64,000 bases of DNA. It comes from an uncultured Verrucomicrobiae bacterium (GTDB taxonomy: Bacteria > Verrucomicrobiota > Verrucomicrobiia > Chthoniobacterales > JAFAMB01). The notes beneath the pieces were generated by a model. The model was not told the origin of the DNA. It ran no database searches and saw only the letters and a program-made list of their open reading frames with translations. Where the stretch lies: contig CAVXLD010000010.1 of NCBI GenBank assembly GCA_963762565.1, forward strand, positions 96,001 through 160,000, read 5' to 3'. Of the stretch, positions 1 through 11,510 are shown piece after piece (the stretch's first letter is position 1; the number at the start of each line of letters is the position of its first letter). The translations under genes were made by a program, and so were the position numbers.

Positions 1-24
1 CCGGAAGGCTTGCTCCATGATTTG

Positions 25-60
25 AAACAGAACGCCGGGCGGAAGCCCGGCGTTTTGTTT
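25..60 (-). terminator. Intrinsic terminator hairpin downstream of TBDR1
   Basis: AACGCCGGGC-GGAA-GCCCGGCGTT stem with A/T-rich flanks; the same hairpin follows TBDR2, TBDR3, TBDR5 and tonB. Confidence 0.7.
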
Positions 61-145
61 AATAGTTTTTCAGCAGTGCCTGCCGCGCCGAAGCTTGGCG
101 AAGGCGGGCGCTGAAATCGGCCTCGCAAGCGAGGCGCGCTCCAGG

Positions 146-3100
146 TCAGAACTTCTTCTCGATCTGGCCGTAGAAGAAGCGTCGGATCGGATTCGCCGCC
201 AAGGTATCGTAACCTTGATAACCGCTGTTGCCATCGATCGCGAGCGGCGGGCGGTATCAAAGAGGTTTTTGATACCGAAGGTAAACGTCGTGTTATCCAG
301 CAAGCGCCGCCAAGTCCAACCATGACCTTCGGGCGCAGGCGCAACGGCTTTTTCACCGACAACCCTCTTACCTTCTTTGTCGTACCCGGGTTTAGGCGTT
401 TCCGGCGTAACTTCGGCTGGCGGCCCGAATTCATAGGAAATCTGCCAGTCAACGGTCGTCCAGTCGCCGACAATATGGATGTACCCGGGCGGAGTCAGCC
501 CGGCGCTAGCTGCGGGATGGTCCCATGCCCGTCATTTAAAGCATCAAGCTCCGAGCTTTCATAATTCAGAGTAAAACCAGTTCGGAACAGGTCGTTGCCG
601 AACACGTGTTTAGAGTAGAAAATGCTGGCCACGATTTTCAAGTCAGGCCCCGGCCCCGCGTTGTTCCCAATTGGCCGCTGGTATCTGTGAGGTTCGTAAC
701 CAGGAACTGCGCAAAACCATTGGCCTCTACCTCCAATTGTTTCAGGGAGAAGTTGTAGACGTAAGCGCCATTGGCATCCAACTCGAGTTTACCCCAACTG
801 AATTCTGGGGTGACATAGCTTGCGCCAAACTGGATACCATCGGTTAGCAGCGTACCGAGGTTGGTAAAGTTGGCGAAGATTTCTGTGAGAGTGCCGTCCG
901 GAGCGCGGACGACAGATCCCGGAAGATTAGCAGCAAGCACGGTGGTGGGAGAGGGCGTCGCGATAAGCTGGCGAAGCTCAACCTGATACCAGTCGAAGTA
1001 GGCAGTAAACCCTTTAGCCCAATGCCACCAGCTATCGTCCTTCGTAGATCCTGGGCTCCAAACTGCTTCGAGGTAGTAGCCATACGAATTCTCCGGTTGC
1101 AGTTTCGGGTTACCTCCCGTGGTCAATAGAATATTGGCGTTCACCCCCTTTACCGGATCGAAGACAGTCTGTTGGAACTGTGACTGGCCGGAGAACAGCT
1201 GGCCGAGTGACGGTACGATAAACCCTTCAGAATAGGTCGCCCGGAAGGTAAGATCATCGAAGGGCTTGTACAGGAGCGCGATCTTAGGCTTCGCCGAGCT
1301 GCCAAACTGACTATAATTGTCGAAGCGCTCATCCAAAATGACCTGTAGACTTCTCATTCCCGGCCAAGACCATTTGTCCCCGAAGATCGGGATTGATAGT
1401 TCGCCGTACATACTTTGAACCCAGCGCCGAGCGCTAAAGAGCTTACCGGCAAAGTCAGCCGAAGTAATATTGAAGTTCCGGCTATTTACATCATTCGACT
1501 GGATATAGGATTCACCACGATACTCCAATCCGCCCGCGGCAGTGAAGTCACCGCTGGGAAGAGCCCAGATTGTGCCCCCGGCTATCACACGGTACTGGAC
1601 GATATCGGTGCGATTGTCTTCGAGCTGGCTCGCCTTGAGGAACGGATAGAAGATCGCGTTCGGACTGTGGGAAACACTTTCATCGGTGAACGGGTTGAAG
1701 AAAACACCCGGAAGTTGGGGAAGAGTTCCATTAAGAGCTTCTTGCAGCTGCCGAGTTTTGACCGAGTTGTCGACCTCTTCGCTGACATCACTTTCACCAT
1801 AGGACGCAGCGGCATCGATATACCACGAATTCCACGGCAATTGAAGAGTAGCGCCGGCGACGTTGCGGAAAGTGCGGCCGATGGTGGTGGTATACCAGGG
1901 ACCGAATTCGCCCAAAGATTGCCCGATGAAGGGAGTTAAGTTTTCGTGCCAGGGGTTAAACGGATTGTTCGCCGGGATGATAATGGGGGCGCCATTAATG
2001 TTATCCCCGGAACTGAACCCTTGGTTGGGAGTGGTAGTCGTTTCCTCGTTACGCTGAATGATGAAATGGTCGTAAAGCTTGAGCCAATCGGTCGGATCAT
2101 AATCAACGTTAACCGTGCCGCCGTAACGCCTTTCGCGACCGGCCAATTGTGATTCGAATATACCGGCAGGAATCCGAGCCGAAGAAGGCGTACCGTTAAC
2201 GATGAAACTGTTCTGGGTAATACCGCCCACCCCGGTAGTACCCGGCTTCACGATGTAGATGTTACCAGTGGTTTCTCCGATATAGCTCCCATTACCCGGA
2301 AAGAAGGCGACCTGCTGATTTATGTAATTTGGTGAAAGTCGCGAGAACTCGCTATCATTCGAAAATCCACGGTCGCGGGCGTCGATCGGGGTCGATTCGT
2401 AATAATCGAACGTCGCTACGATGCTGACTTTACCGAAATTGCCTTCCGAGATGACCGCCCCCCGGTTTCTCAGTGATACCACCGGTCATCTGAAGGTGAT
2501 AGACCGCATTATCACCGCGCTGGCTCTCGCCGAAGTAATTGATGATATCGGCTCCATTGTAATCCTGCTTGGTGATGACGTTGACCACCCCGGCAATCGC
2601 GTCATCTCCGTAGGTGGCGCTGCCCCCATCTTTCAGAATTTCGATACGGTCGATGGCCGCCAGAGGGATGGAGTTTAAGTCAACGAAAGGGACCGTACCC
2701 GCATTGATCGATATGGCATAGTTAGGCATCCGGAATCCGTCGACGAGGACTAAGGTTGAGCCGACCGGCAAACTCTTCAGGCTGTAAGCCGATGAAGCAG
2801 GCGAATTGCTGTTGCCGGTAAAGGTCTGCGTATTTTGGGCGCTCAGACCTCCCGGGTACTGGTTCAAAACGTCGTTGATCGTCTGATACGCCTGCTTCTG
2901 GATGAAATCTTGATTGAGGGTTTCAACCGGCTGCGGACCTTCACCGACTCGCGGGATCAGGTAGCCGGTAACGGTCACCTGCTCCAACTGACCACCGGTG
3001 GGCGGAGGCGCCTGGGCCGGAGGGTTATTGGCACCGCCTGGAGCGGGCGGTGGAGGGGCATTCTGCGCTCGACCAGTTACGCCGAGCGTAAACAGAACCA

Positions 3101-3155
3101 ACAATTGAGCTGCGGTTACAATTGCAGCTACACGGGAACATCGTTTTTTAATCAT
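146..3155 (-). pseudogene. TonB-dependent receptor copy 1, interrupted by four 1-bp frameshifts (pseudogene or sequencing errors)
   Basis: Signal peptide MIKKRCS..., TonB box LEQVTVTG, plug motif RIEILKDGGSATYGDDAIAGVVN, C-terminus RFFYGQIEKKF*; colinear with TBDR2 across frame breaks at ~2460, ~660, ~505 and ~250, with no nonsense codons in the restored frame. Confidence 0.85.
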
Positions 3156-3329
3156 TATTTATCCTTGTTTCTCCTTGGCGACGCGGGTTGTGCCCTTCGC
3201 CAAGAACCCCTCGAAAAAGATTCAAAACCGGTTACCGGGACGATCCTGCTACCAGCCAACAGCCATCCGACTCCTTCTCCGAGTTCCGGTCTCAATTTGA
3301 GGTCGTTTTTGAGGCAAAACCGCCTACAG

Positions 3330-3379
3330 GTCAAGAAAATGTAAACAAATTTTGAACGAAATTGGGTCGAAGTTGTCAC
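3330..3379 (-). promoter_or_regulatory. TBDR1 promoter module: TTGAC -35-like box preceded by 11-bp-period direct repeats
   Basis: Minus strand GTGACAA-N4-GACCCAA-N4-GTTCAAA-N4-GTTTACA-N4-CTTGAC; conserved upstream of all five TBDRs. Confidence 0.7.
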
Positions 3380-3522
3380 TGTCTCTCATTTTGAACGCAC
3401 CGGCTTGGCGAACATCCATTTGAGGGCGACTTAGCCTCCTTATTCGACCAGTCGGACGATGTTGCCAGAGAAAGGCAAACTAGCCGTTCGACCCGCTTAA
3501 AAACCTCTTAACCAGTATTTTC

Positions 3523-3548
3523 TGTGAAAAAGCCGTAACAATATCAAG
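3523..3548. promoter_or_regulatory. Distal conserved box TGTGAA-N6-GTAACA followed by ATCAAG, upstream of TBDR1
   Basis: Near-identical copy at 11028-11053 and a degenerate copy at ~7300-7325, similarly placed relative to the proximal module. Confidence 0.5.
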
Positions 3549-3867
3549 GTTTTTCGAAAGAAAATTAAGGGCCGGAAGCCAGCCCATGCACCGGCCGAAT
3601 CGAGAGTTTGGCTTAGTGTAGCCATCGTCGCAATCAGGCTCAGAATTGCTCGAACGGCGGCAGCAGTGACGGGCTGCAATCGTTCGACCTGGCCTCTTTT
3701 AAGCCGTCGGGCGCAGATACCCAGGTTCTAGATTAGTTAATCGTTACGGCCAACCTCTTCCGAAGAAAGACGAAACCATCTTGTAGCGTGTTATTTCTTT
3801 TCAGAGCCCTGAGTTTCTACTGTGATCCTCGCAAAGCGGCGCGCTCAGATGGAGGTACGCGGTAAAC

Positions 3868-3895
3868 AAAAACGCCGGGCGCAAGCCCGGCGTTT
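3868..3895 (-). terminator. Intrinsic terminator downstream of TBDR2
   Basis: AAACGCCGGGC-GCAA-GCCCGGCGTTT with a U-tract on the minus strand. Confidence 0.75.
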
Positions 3896-3949
3896 ACTAG
3901 TTTTTCGGCGGGCGCCGAAATCGGCCTCGCAAGCGAGGCGCGCTCCAGG

Positions 3950-6900
3950 TCAGAACTTCTTCTCGATCTGGCCGTAGAAGAACCTTTGGACCGGGTTCGT
4001 AGCCAAGGTATCGTAACCTTGATAGGCGCCGTTGCCGACGAAAGCCAGCGGCGGATGGGCATCTGTGAGGTTCTTGATACCAAACGTGAAGGTCATATTG
4101 TCCAGCAATCGCCGCCAGGTCCAACCATGAGCTTCGGGTGCGGGCGCAATGGCCTTTTCGCCGATAACTCTCTTTCCTTCTTTGTCGTAGCCGGGTTTCG
4201 GCGTTTCCGGAGTGATCTCAACGGGTGGCCCGAATTCATAGGAGATCTGCCAATCGAGCGTAGTCCAGCTGCCGACCAGATGGACATAGCCGGGAAATGT
4301 CAGGGCTGCGTCGACTGCCGGAATAGTTCCGTGCCCGTCGTTGGTGTTGTCCAACTCCGAATTTGTAAAGTTCAGCGTAAATCCGGTTCGAAATAGGTCG
4401 GTGACGAACAGATGCTTTGAGTAGAATAGACTACCCACGATTCTGAAGTCGGGGCCGCTGCCAGGGGGACTTGCTGAAGCACCGCCGGCAGTATCGGTCA
4501 GGTTGGTAACCAGGAATTGCGCGGCACCGCTTGGTTCTACCTCCAACTGTTTCAGAGAATAGTTATAAATAAAGGATCCGTTGGCGTCGAATTCGAGTTT
4601 GCCCCAGTTGAATTCTTTAGTGACATAGCTTGCCCCAAACTCGAGCCCATCCACAAGCAGGGTGCCGAGGTTCGTGTAATTCGCGAAAATCCCTTGGAGT
4701 GAGCCATCCGCACCCCGGACGACGGAGCCCGGAAGATTGGCGGCGAGGACAGTGGCGGGGGCGGGCACCGAGATCACGTTACGAAGTTCGACTTGGTACC
4801 AGTCGACGTACGCGGTAAAACCCTTGGCCCAATGCCACCAGCTATTTTCGTCTTTCGATCCGGGTGTCCAGACTGCTTCAAGGTAATAGCCGTAAGAGTT
4901 CTCCGGCCTTAAGTTGGGGTTTCCTCCCTGAACTAGCACAACATTAGGCGCCTCAACGTTCTTGACCGGATCAAATACTGTGGTCAAGAACAGGGTCTGG
5001 GGCGCAAACAGCTGCCCTAGCGACGGAACGATATAACCTTCCGAATAGGTCGCCCGGAAGGTAATGTCATCGCACGGCTTATAGAGCACGGCAATTTTTG
5101 GCTTCGCCGCGCTGCCAAAATGGCTGTAATTGTCGAGGCGCTCATCCAAAATGACTTGCAGGCTCCTTAAGCCGGGCCAAGACCATCTGTCACCCAAAAG
5201 CGGGATGGATAGTTCGCCGTACATGCTCTGAACCCACCGAGCACTGCTGAGCAGCTTCCCAGGGAAGTCATCCGAGGTGATATTGAAATTGCGGCTATTT
5301 ACATCGTTCGATTGCACTAGCGATTCACTGCGGTACTCAAGTCCGCCCGCTACAGTTAGGTCGCCGCTTGGCAGAGACCAGAGCGTGCCGCCAGCGAGCA
5401 ATCGGTATTGGACGAGATCGGTGTGATTATCTTCGTACTGGTTCGTCCTGAGATACGGATAAAAGACCGCATTGGGATGTCCCAAGCTCTCATCGGTGAA
5501 CGGGTTAAAGAAAACCCCTGGAAGCTGAGGAAGCGTCCCGTTTAGAGCTTCCTGCAACTGTCGGAGCTTCACCGAGTTTGCTACATTTTCGCTGGAATCG
5601 CTTTCGCCGTACGAGGCGGCAGCGTCAATGTACCATGAATTCCAGGGAAGTTGGATGGTGGCGCCGCTGACGTTGCGAAAGGTCCGGATGATGGTGTCAG
5701 TGTACCACGGCCCAAATTCGGCCAGAGAAGTCCCCAAGAATGGCGCTAAGGGCACGTGCCAAGGATTAAACGGGTTATTCGCAGGGACGATTACAGGGCC
5801 GGGGGCAGGATCGAGAGCGCTGAACCCCTGGTTGGGCGTTGTGCTCGTTTCTTCGGTCCGCTGAATGATGAAATGATCGTAAAGCTTGAACCAGTCGGTC
5901 ACATCATAGTCAAGATTGACCGTCCCGCCGTAACGCCTTTCGCGGGCTAACAACTGGGTGATAAAATTACCTTCCGGGATAAAGACGTTGCCGGCAGTAC
6001 CGTTAACGATGAAATCGTTTTGGGTAATGTTCGGGCCGGTAGTCCCCGGCTTCACGATAAAAGTGGTGCCGGTGGGGATAGTAGGCGTGCTAGGCCCGAT
6101 ATACTGATAGCTCCCATTAGGAGGAGTGAAGGTAATCGCCGCATTTGGGTATTTGCCCGGCGAAAGTCTGGAAAAGAAGCTGTCATTGGACCACCAGCGA
6201 CTCGACGAGTCGATCGGAGACGAGTCGAAATAGTCGAATGTGGCAACCAGGCTAACTTTTCCGAAGTTTCCTTTCTCGGTAATACCTCCGGTCATGGAAA
6301 GGTGATAGATCTCATCATCACCGCGCTGGCTCTCGCCGAAGTAGTTGACGATATCAGCCCCATTGTAATCCTGTTTGGTAATAATGTTGACCACGCCTGC
6401 GATAGCATCGTCACCATAGGTAGCGCTGCCGCCGTCTTTTAGAATTTCGATACGATCGATCGACGCCAACGGGATTGAGTTGAGATCAACGAAGGGAATT
6501 GTTCCCCCGTTGATCGAAATCCCGGTTGTCGGAAAGCGAAATCCATCGATCAAGATCAGCGTGGAGCCAATGGGCAACGATTTCAGACTAAAAGCTGATG
6601 TAGCCGGGGAATTACTGTTCCCGGCAAAGGTCTGCGCGTTTTGCCCGCTGAGACCGCCCGGATAGGTGTTCAGGACGTCGTTAACCGTTTGATAGGCCTG
6701 CTTCTGGATGAAGTCTTGGTTCAAGGTCGCGACCGGCTGCGGTCCCTCGCCTACGCGCGGGATGAGGTAGCCGGTAACCGTGACGGTCTGAAGCTCGCCG
6801 CCACTAGTAGGGGCAGTGCCGCCTGGCGGGCCGCGGTCTGGCCTGTGGCCGGAGTTGGATTTTGGGGCGCTGTTTGCGCTCGGGCGGTGATTCCGAGCGT

Positions 6901-6966
6901 ACACAGCAACATCAATTGAGCTGCGGTTGCGATTGCAACCGGACTTGAGCTTGGGTAATTAGTCAT
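3950..6966 (-). CDS. TonB-dependent receptor copy 2 (one frameshift at ~6829 just after the signal peptide)
   Basis: Signal peptide MTNYPSS...TARAQ is in ORF 6751..6966 and the body in ORF 3950..6904; adding one C at 6828-6830 joins them (QTAAPPGGTAPTSGGELQTVTVTG); plug motif and terminal Phe present. Confidence 0.85.
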
Positions 6967-7105
6967 TAATTATCCTCGGTAGGCCTGGACACCGCCGGTT
7001 TTCGACCGCATCAAGGCCACGTTGAAACAATACTGACCCGGCACCCGCGCACGCGGGTACCGGATTACCTGCTCGGAACCGTTTGTGAGCTAAATCAGGC
7101 CGTCC

Positions 7106-7157
7106 GTCAAGAAAATGCGACGGCAAATTTTGAACAAATTTCTGGCGGAGTTGTCAC
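7106..7157 (-). promoter_or_regulatory. TBDR2 promoter module
   Basis: GTCAAG...TTTGAAC-N15-TTGTCAC on the + strand, same module as TBDR1 with 2 extra nt. Confidence 0.65.
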
Positions 7158-7526
7158 CACGCGATCTTCGCCGTGTGCGGGATAGGATCGCCTGCAAAGA
7201 GAGGGCCGTCCATGAATCACAGAATCCGATCACTCAAACCGTGGCTAGAGCAAGCGTCGTCGCTCAACCCTTTTCAAACAACCTCTGACCGGACCTTTTT
7301 GGTAAAAAAAAGTAACGACAGCAAGAACTTTTCGCGATTCTTTTAAGAGAAACCTCTTCAGCTGGAAAAAAATGTAGCGCTGGGTCGGGAGTCGCGAATC
7401 TCTGCCGAGCTCGCCGAATATCCTGCCTCCCCCCGTTCCTCGTTCCCAAGGTTTGGCGAGGGCGGAAGGAGAGGCGGAACCCATGGTGCCTACCGCTTCG
7501 GCCTCGCAAGCGAGGCAGCGCTCCAC

Positions 7527-7561
7527 AAAAAAAACGCCGGGCGTTAGCCCGGCGTTTTTTT
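7527..7561 (-). terminator. Intrinsic (bidirectional-looking) terminator downstream of TBDR3
   Basis: A8-CGCCGGGC-GTTA-GCCCGGCG-T7. Confidence 0.8.
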
Positions 7562-7621
7562 AAATAGTTTTTCGGCGTTGCCTGCCGCGCCGTAGCTTGG
7601 CGAAGGCGGGCGCCGAAAAAC

Positions 7622-10600
7622 TTAGAACTTCTTATCAACCGAGAACCAGAAATAGCGCTGGATGAAGTTAGCACCGCCAGCGTTATCAAAGTTCGAGAGG
7701 ACGTTATCCACAGCCAGAGGCGCCGGCGTGTCGAAGATGTTATTGATGCCGAAGGTGATCGTGGTGTTGGCCAGGAGATTGCGCCAACCCCAGCGAGATC
7801 CTTCGATGGGTGGTGCGATCGCCTTCTCGCCAATGATTCTCTTCCCTTCCTTATTGTAGCCAGGTTTTGGTGTTTCAGGCGTAATTTCGGTTGGTTGGCC
7901 GAACTTGTAAGAGATCTGCCAATCCAGAGTAGTCCAGCTGCCGATCAGGTGAACATAATTGGGGGCGTTCAAAGTGACGTTCGGGTTAGTGCCGTTAGCG
8001 GAGTTTGTAAAGTCTTGCTCCGAACCAACGTAATGGAGAGTGAAGCCGGTTCTGAATGTATCAATCCCAAACAGCGTCTTGGAATAGAAGGCGGTGGCCT
8101 GCATTTTCAGGTCCGGCGCGGCGCCGTTGGCCGTATCGGTCAAGTTGAAGACTCGAAAAAAGAGCGTGCCGTTCGGATTAACCCCCTGCACGGTTTGCGC
8201 GCTGACCCAGTAGAGGTACGACGCATCGAATTCCAGGTCGATTTTACCCCAGCTGTATTCCTTGCTGTCGTAGGTAAAGCCCGTCTCAATTCCTTCGCTA
8301 CGACTATCACCCAGGTTCAGGTAGGTGTTAGTAACCTCAACAGGTACTCCGCCTGGGCCCAAAACAATGCTGTTACCAGGAGGGAGCGGAACGCCAGCCG
8401 AAACGAGATCAAACACATTGGCGGCGGTTAAAGTCCCAAAGACTTGGTGTTGATCGAGCTGGAACCAGTTTATGTAAGCCGAAAACCCATTCGCCCATCC
8501 CCACCAGCTATGCTCCGGATCCTGAGACCCGGGATTCCAAACCGCTCCCAGGTAATACATATAGGCGTTCTCTGGCTTGAGTCTCGGGTTGCCCAAGGTC
8601 TCGGCAAGAACGGTAGCTGTCTGTCCATTCTGAAGGGTAATAGTGGTCTCAGCCGGTATTCCCGCGGAGGTAAACAGCTGTGGCAGTGACGGTGCTACGA
8701 AGGATTCCGAATAAGAAGCCCGGAGGGTCAGATCGTTGATCGGTTTCCACGCCAGCGAGAATTTCGGTTTCGCAGCACTACCGAAATCACTGTAATAATC
8801 CTGCCGCTCAGACATGACGAACTCGAGAGACCGCATTCCTGGAAAGGACCATTGACCACCAAGGATCGGGATATCAGCCTGTCCGAAGATGCTCCAAATG
8901 TTACGACGCGCGTTGACCAGCCTGCCGAGCGGGAACTGAATCGCAGTCAGATTACCATCGTAACTATTAGGATCATCGTTCTGAATGTAATCTTCACTGC
9001 GGTACTCTAAACCGCCGGCAACAGTGATATCGCCCGCTGGAGTCGACCATATTGTGCCGCCCGCGGTGACATGGAACTGCATGATGTCGCTCCTGATATT
9101 CTCAAAGATGCTGCCAACGAGGTTTTTATTACCATAAAAAGCGCTATTGGGTCCGGCAACCGTTTCATCGGCAAACGGGTTGAAGAATTGGCCGACGTTG
9201 CCGGGCAGAGTGCCATTCATGGCTTCCTGCATACCATTGAAGAAAAACATGTTCTTCATAGTCTCAGTGCCGTCAGATTCGCCGTAGAGCCAATTACCAT
9301 CGATTGCCCAGCCATGCGGCAGTTGAATCGTAGCCCCGGCAACCTCGCGGAATGTGGTGATGGTGGTGTCGGTCTTCAGCACGTTGAACTCGTTCAGAGC
9401 AAGTTCAAACACCTGCAGGGGTTCATGGAACGGATTGAATGGATTGTTCGCAGGAACAGTAATTCCGCTGTTAAACGGAGGCGGATAGATACCTTGGTTA
9501 GGACCATAGGTACTGGATTCCTCCGTTCGCGAGATGAGGAAGCTATCGTAGAGCTTTAACCACTCGGTTGGCTGGTAATCAATTTTAACTAAGCCGCCGA
9601 GGCGATCTTCCCGCGGGTACACTTGCAGGCCATTTATGGTGAATGACGAAGGATTCTGAGTTGTAAAGTTATTGAGGATAAAGTCATTAGGTGTCGGATT
9701 TACACCGTTAAAGCCCTGTTTTGTAATATATAGGTTCCCACTGTTTTGACCGATAAAAACTCCAGTCGGGAACGGGAATACCGCGGCGGCCGGATATTTA
9801 GGTGATAGAAGTGAATAATTCAGAAAGGTATCGCGCCGGTCGACTGCGTTCACCGGACTCTGCGTGTAGTAATCGAACGCTGCGACGACGTCGATCTTTG
9901 GAATAAAGGCCTCGCCAACTTGCGGCGCCGGCGGCGTCTTGCCATCTCCTACCGGTTCACCGCCACTGCCACCCCCTCGACCAAATTTCTCCTCGAAGCC
10001 GCCGGTGAATTCACCGTGATAAACTTCGTAATCACCTCGCTGGCTGATGCCGTAGTAATTGTAGATATCAGCCCCGGTATAATTGCTTTTGGTGATGAAG
10101 TTCACGACCCCAGCCACCGCATCCGTTCCGTACACGGCGCTACCGCCGTCCTGCAGGATCTGGACGCTGTCAATTGCACCTATCGGAATGCTATTGATGT
10201 CGACATAGTTAAACGCACCGGCAACCGATACCTGCGGAAACGGATAGGAAGGCATCCGCAGCCCATCCACCAGAACGAGGGTGTCGTTTGGAGGCAACCC
10301 TTTGAGCGCGATTGATGAGCCACCGGGAGAGAAACCGAAGCCAGTGGTTACCCCTGGGTTAAAGTTGCCCGTGGCTGCGGGAAGGTTTTGTAGCACGTCC
10401 TGGACGTTCTGATAGCCCGTCTTCTGAAAATACGCTTGATCGTAAGTGGTAACGGGGTTTGGACCTTCTCCGACACGCGGGATCAGGTAACCTGTAACGA
10501 TGACCTGTTGGAGCTCACCGCTGGTGCTTGCACCCGCGTTGGGTGCGGCGGCACGGCGGGGTTCTCACCCGGAGCTGGACTGGGCGCCGCTGTCTGCGCC

Positions 10601-10692
10601 TGAGCGCCAACGGTGAGCCCGAACGTAAGGACGAATTGGATTGCGGTCGCAAATGCGATTCTGGAGAGATATCGATTTAGATTAATAATCAT
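7622..10692 (-). CDS. TonB-dependent receptor copy 3 (one frameshift at ~10550 just after the signal peptide)
   Basis: ATG 10692 with GAGG upstream, signal peptide MIINLNRYLSRIAFATAIQF...AQAQ; the shifted frame continues ...SGELQQVIVTGYLIPRVGEG into ORF 7622..10396; ends RYFWFSVDKKF. Confidence 0.85.
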
Positions 10693-10847
10693 CGTGAACC
10701 TCAATTTCATCTTTGCGCCGCCTTTTCTGGCTTCGCCAAGATTCCTGCTGAAATTGCTTAATCCGGCCACCGACCAGCATTTGACACTTTTTCGGCGGCC
10801 AGAATCCACTCAGTTTGCACCCACTTTTGCGGGAAAACCTAGGAGCA

Positions 10848-10897
10848 GTCAAGGAAATGTAAGGAAATTTTGAACAAATTTCCTGCAAACTTGTCAC
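10848..10897 (-). promoter_or_regulatory. TBDR3 promoter module
   Basis: GTCAAGGAAATGTAAGGAAATTTTGAACAAATTTCCTGCAAACTTGTCAC, same 50-nt spacing as TBDR1 and TBDR5. Confidence 0.7.
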
Positions 10898-11155
10898 CGC
10901 GATTCTCGGTGTTTGGCGGATCGATCTTCTCCCCTGGAAAAAGCGGAGCTCTTCTGCGCATCAAAGCACCCGGAAAGTAAAGGGGGGAGTGCTCTTCGGC
11001 TTTTAAAAGCCGTTAATTCGACGTTTCTGTGAAAAAAACGTAACAAGATCAAGCCTTTTTTCGACAGATCCTTAAGAAGCGAGCGCCGAAGGCAGAGGAC
11101 AGGGACGAGTAACGCAGGAATGCCGGCGTCCAAGGGTGAGAAACAAACATGACGT

Positions 11156-11282
11156 GGGAGGGCGCGCGTCCCCGCGCGCTGCGAACGGGTCTATAATCTT
11201 GGGTGTAGCCTCGCGCGGGACTTGTTTGTCCCGGGTTTCGAAAACAAAACGGCCGCTGCCGGACGCGGACGCGATCCCTCCC
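11156..11282. repeat. REP doublet family D (both arms empty)
   Basis: GGGAGGGCGCGCGTCCCCGCGCGC ... GGACGCGATCCCTCCC; related copies at 18571, 33874 and 58558. Confidence 0.7.
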
Positions 11283-11510
11283 GCCGAAGGGCATTGGTCG
11301 ATAAGAGGACCGGGACGAAGCCTGGCGAGAGGACTAGTGGGCGGCGATGATGCCCCCCACATCACGACATAGAGAGCAGGCTTGCGTATGTTATGTCTCT
11401 CGATTTCCCTTGTTCACCACGGCCTCGCAAGCGAGGCAGCGCTCCATGGGTGGCGCCGTAGGCTTGACGAAGGCGGGCGCCGAAATCGGCCTCGCAAGCG
11501 AGGCGCGCCC

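Noticed and set aside
3156..3860. Fur box or cobalamin/TPP riboswitch upstream of the TBDRs
   Set aside because: No GATAATGATAATCATTATC-like site or recognisable riboswitch core was seen; an Rfam scan would be needed to exclude a riboswitch fully
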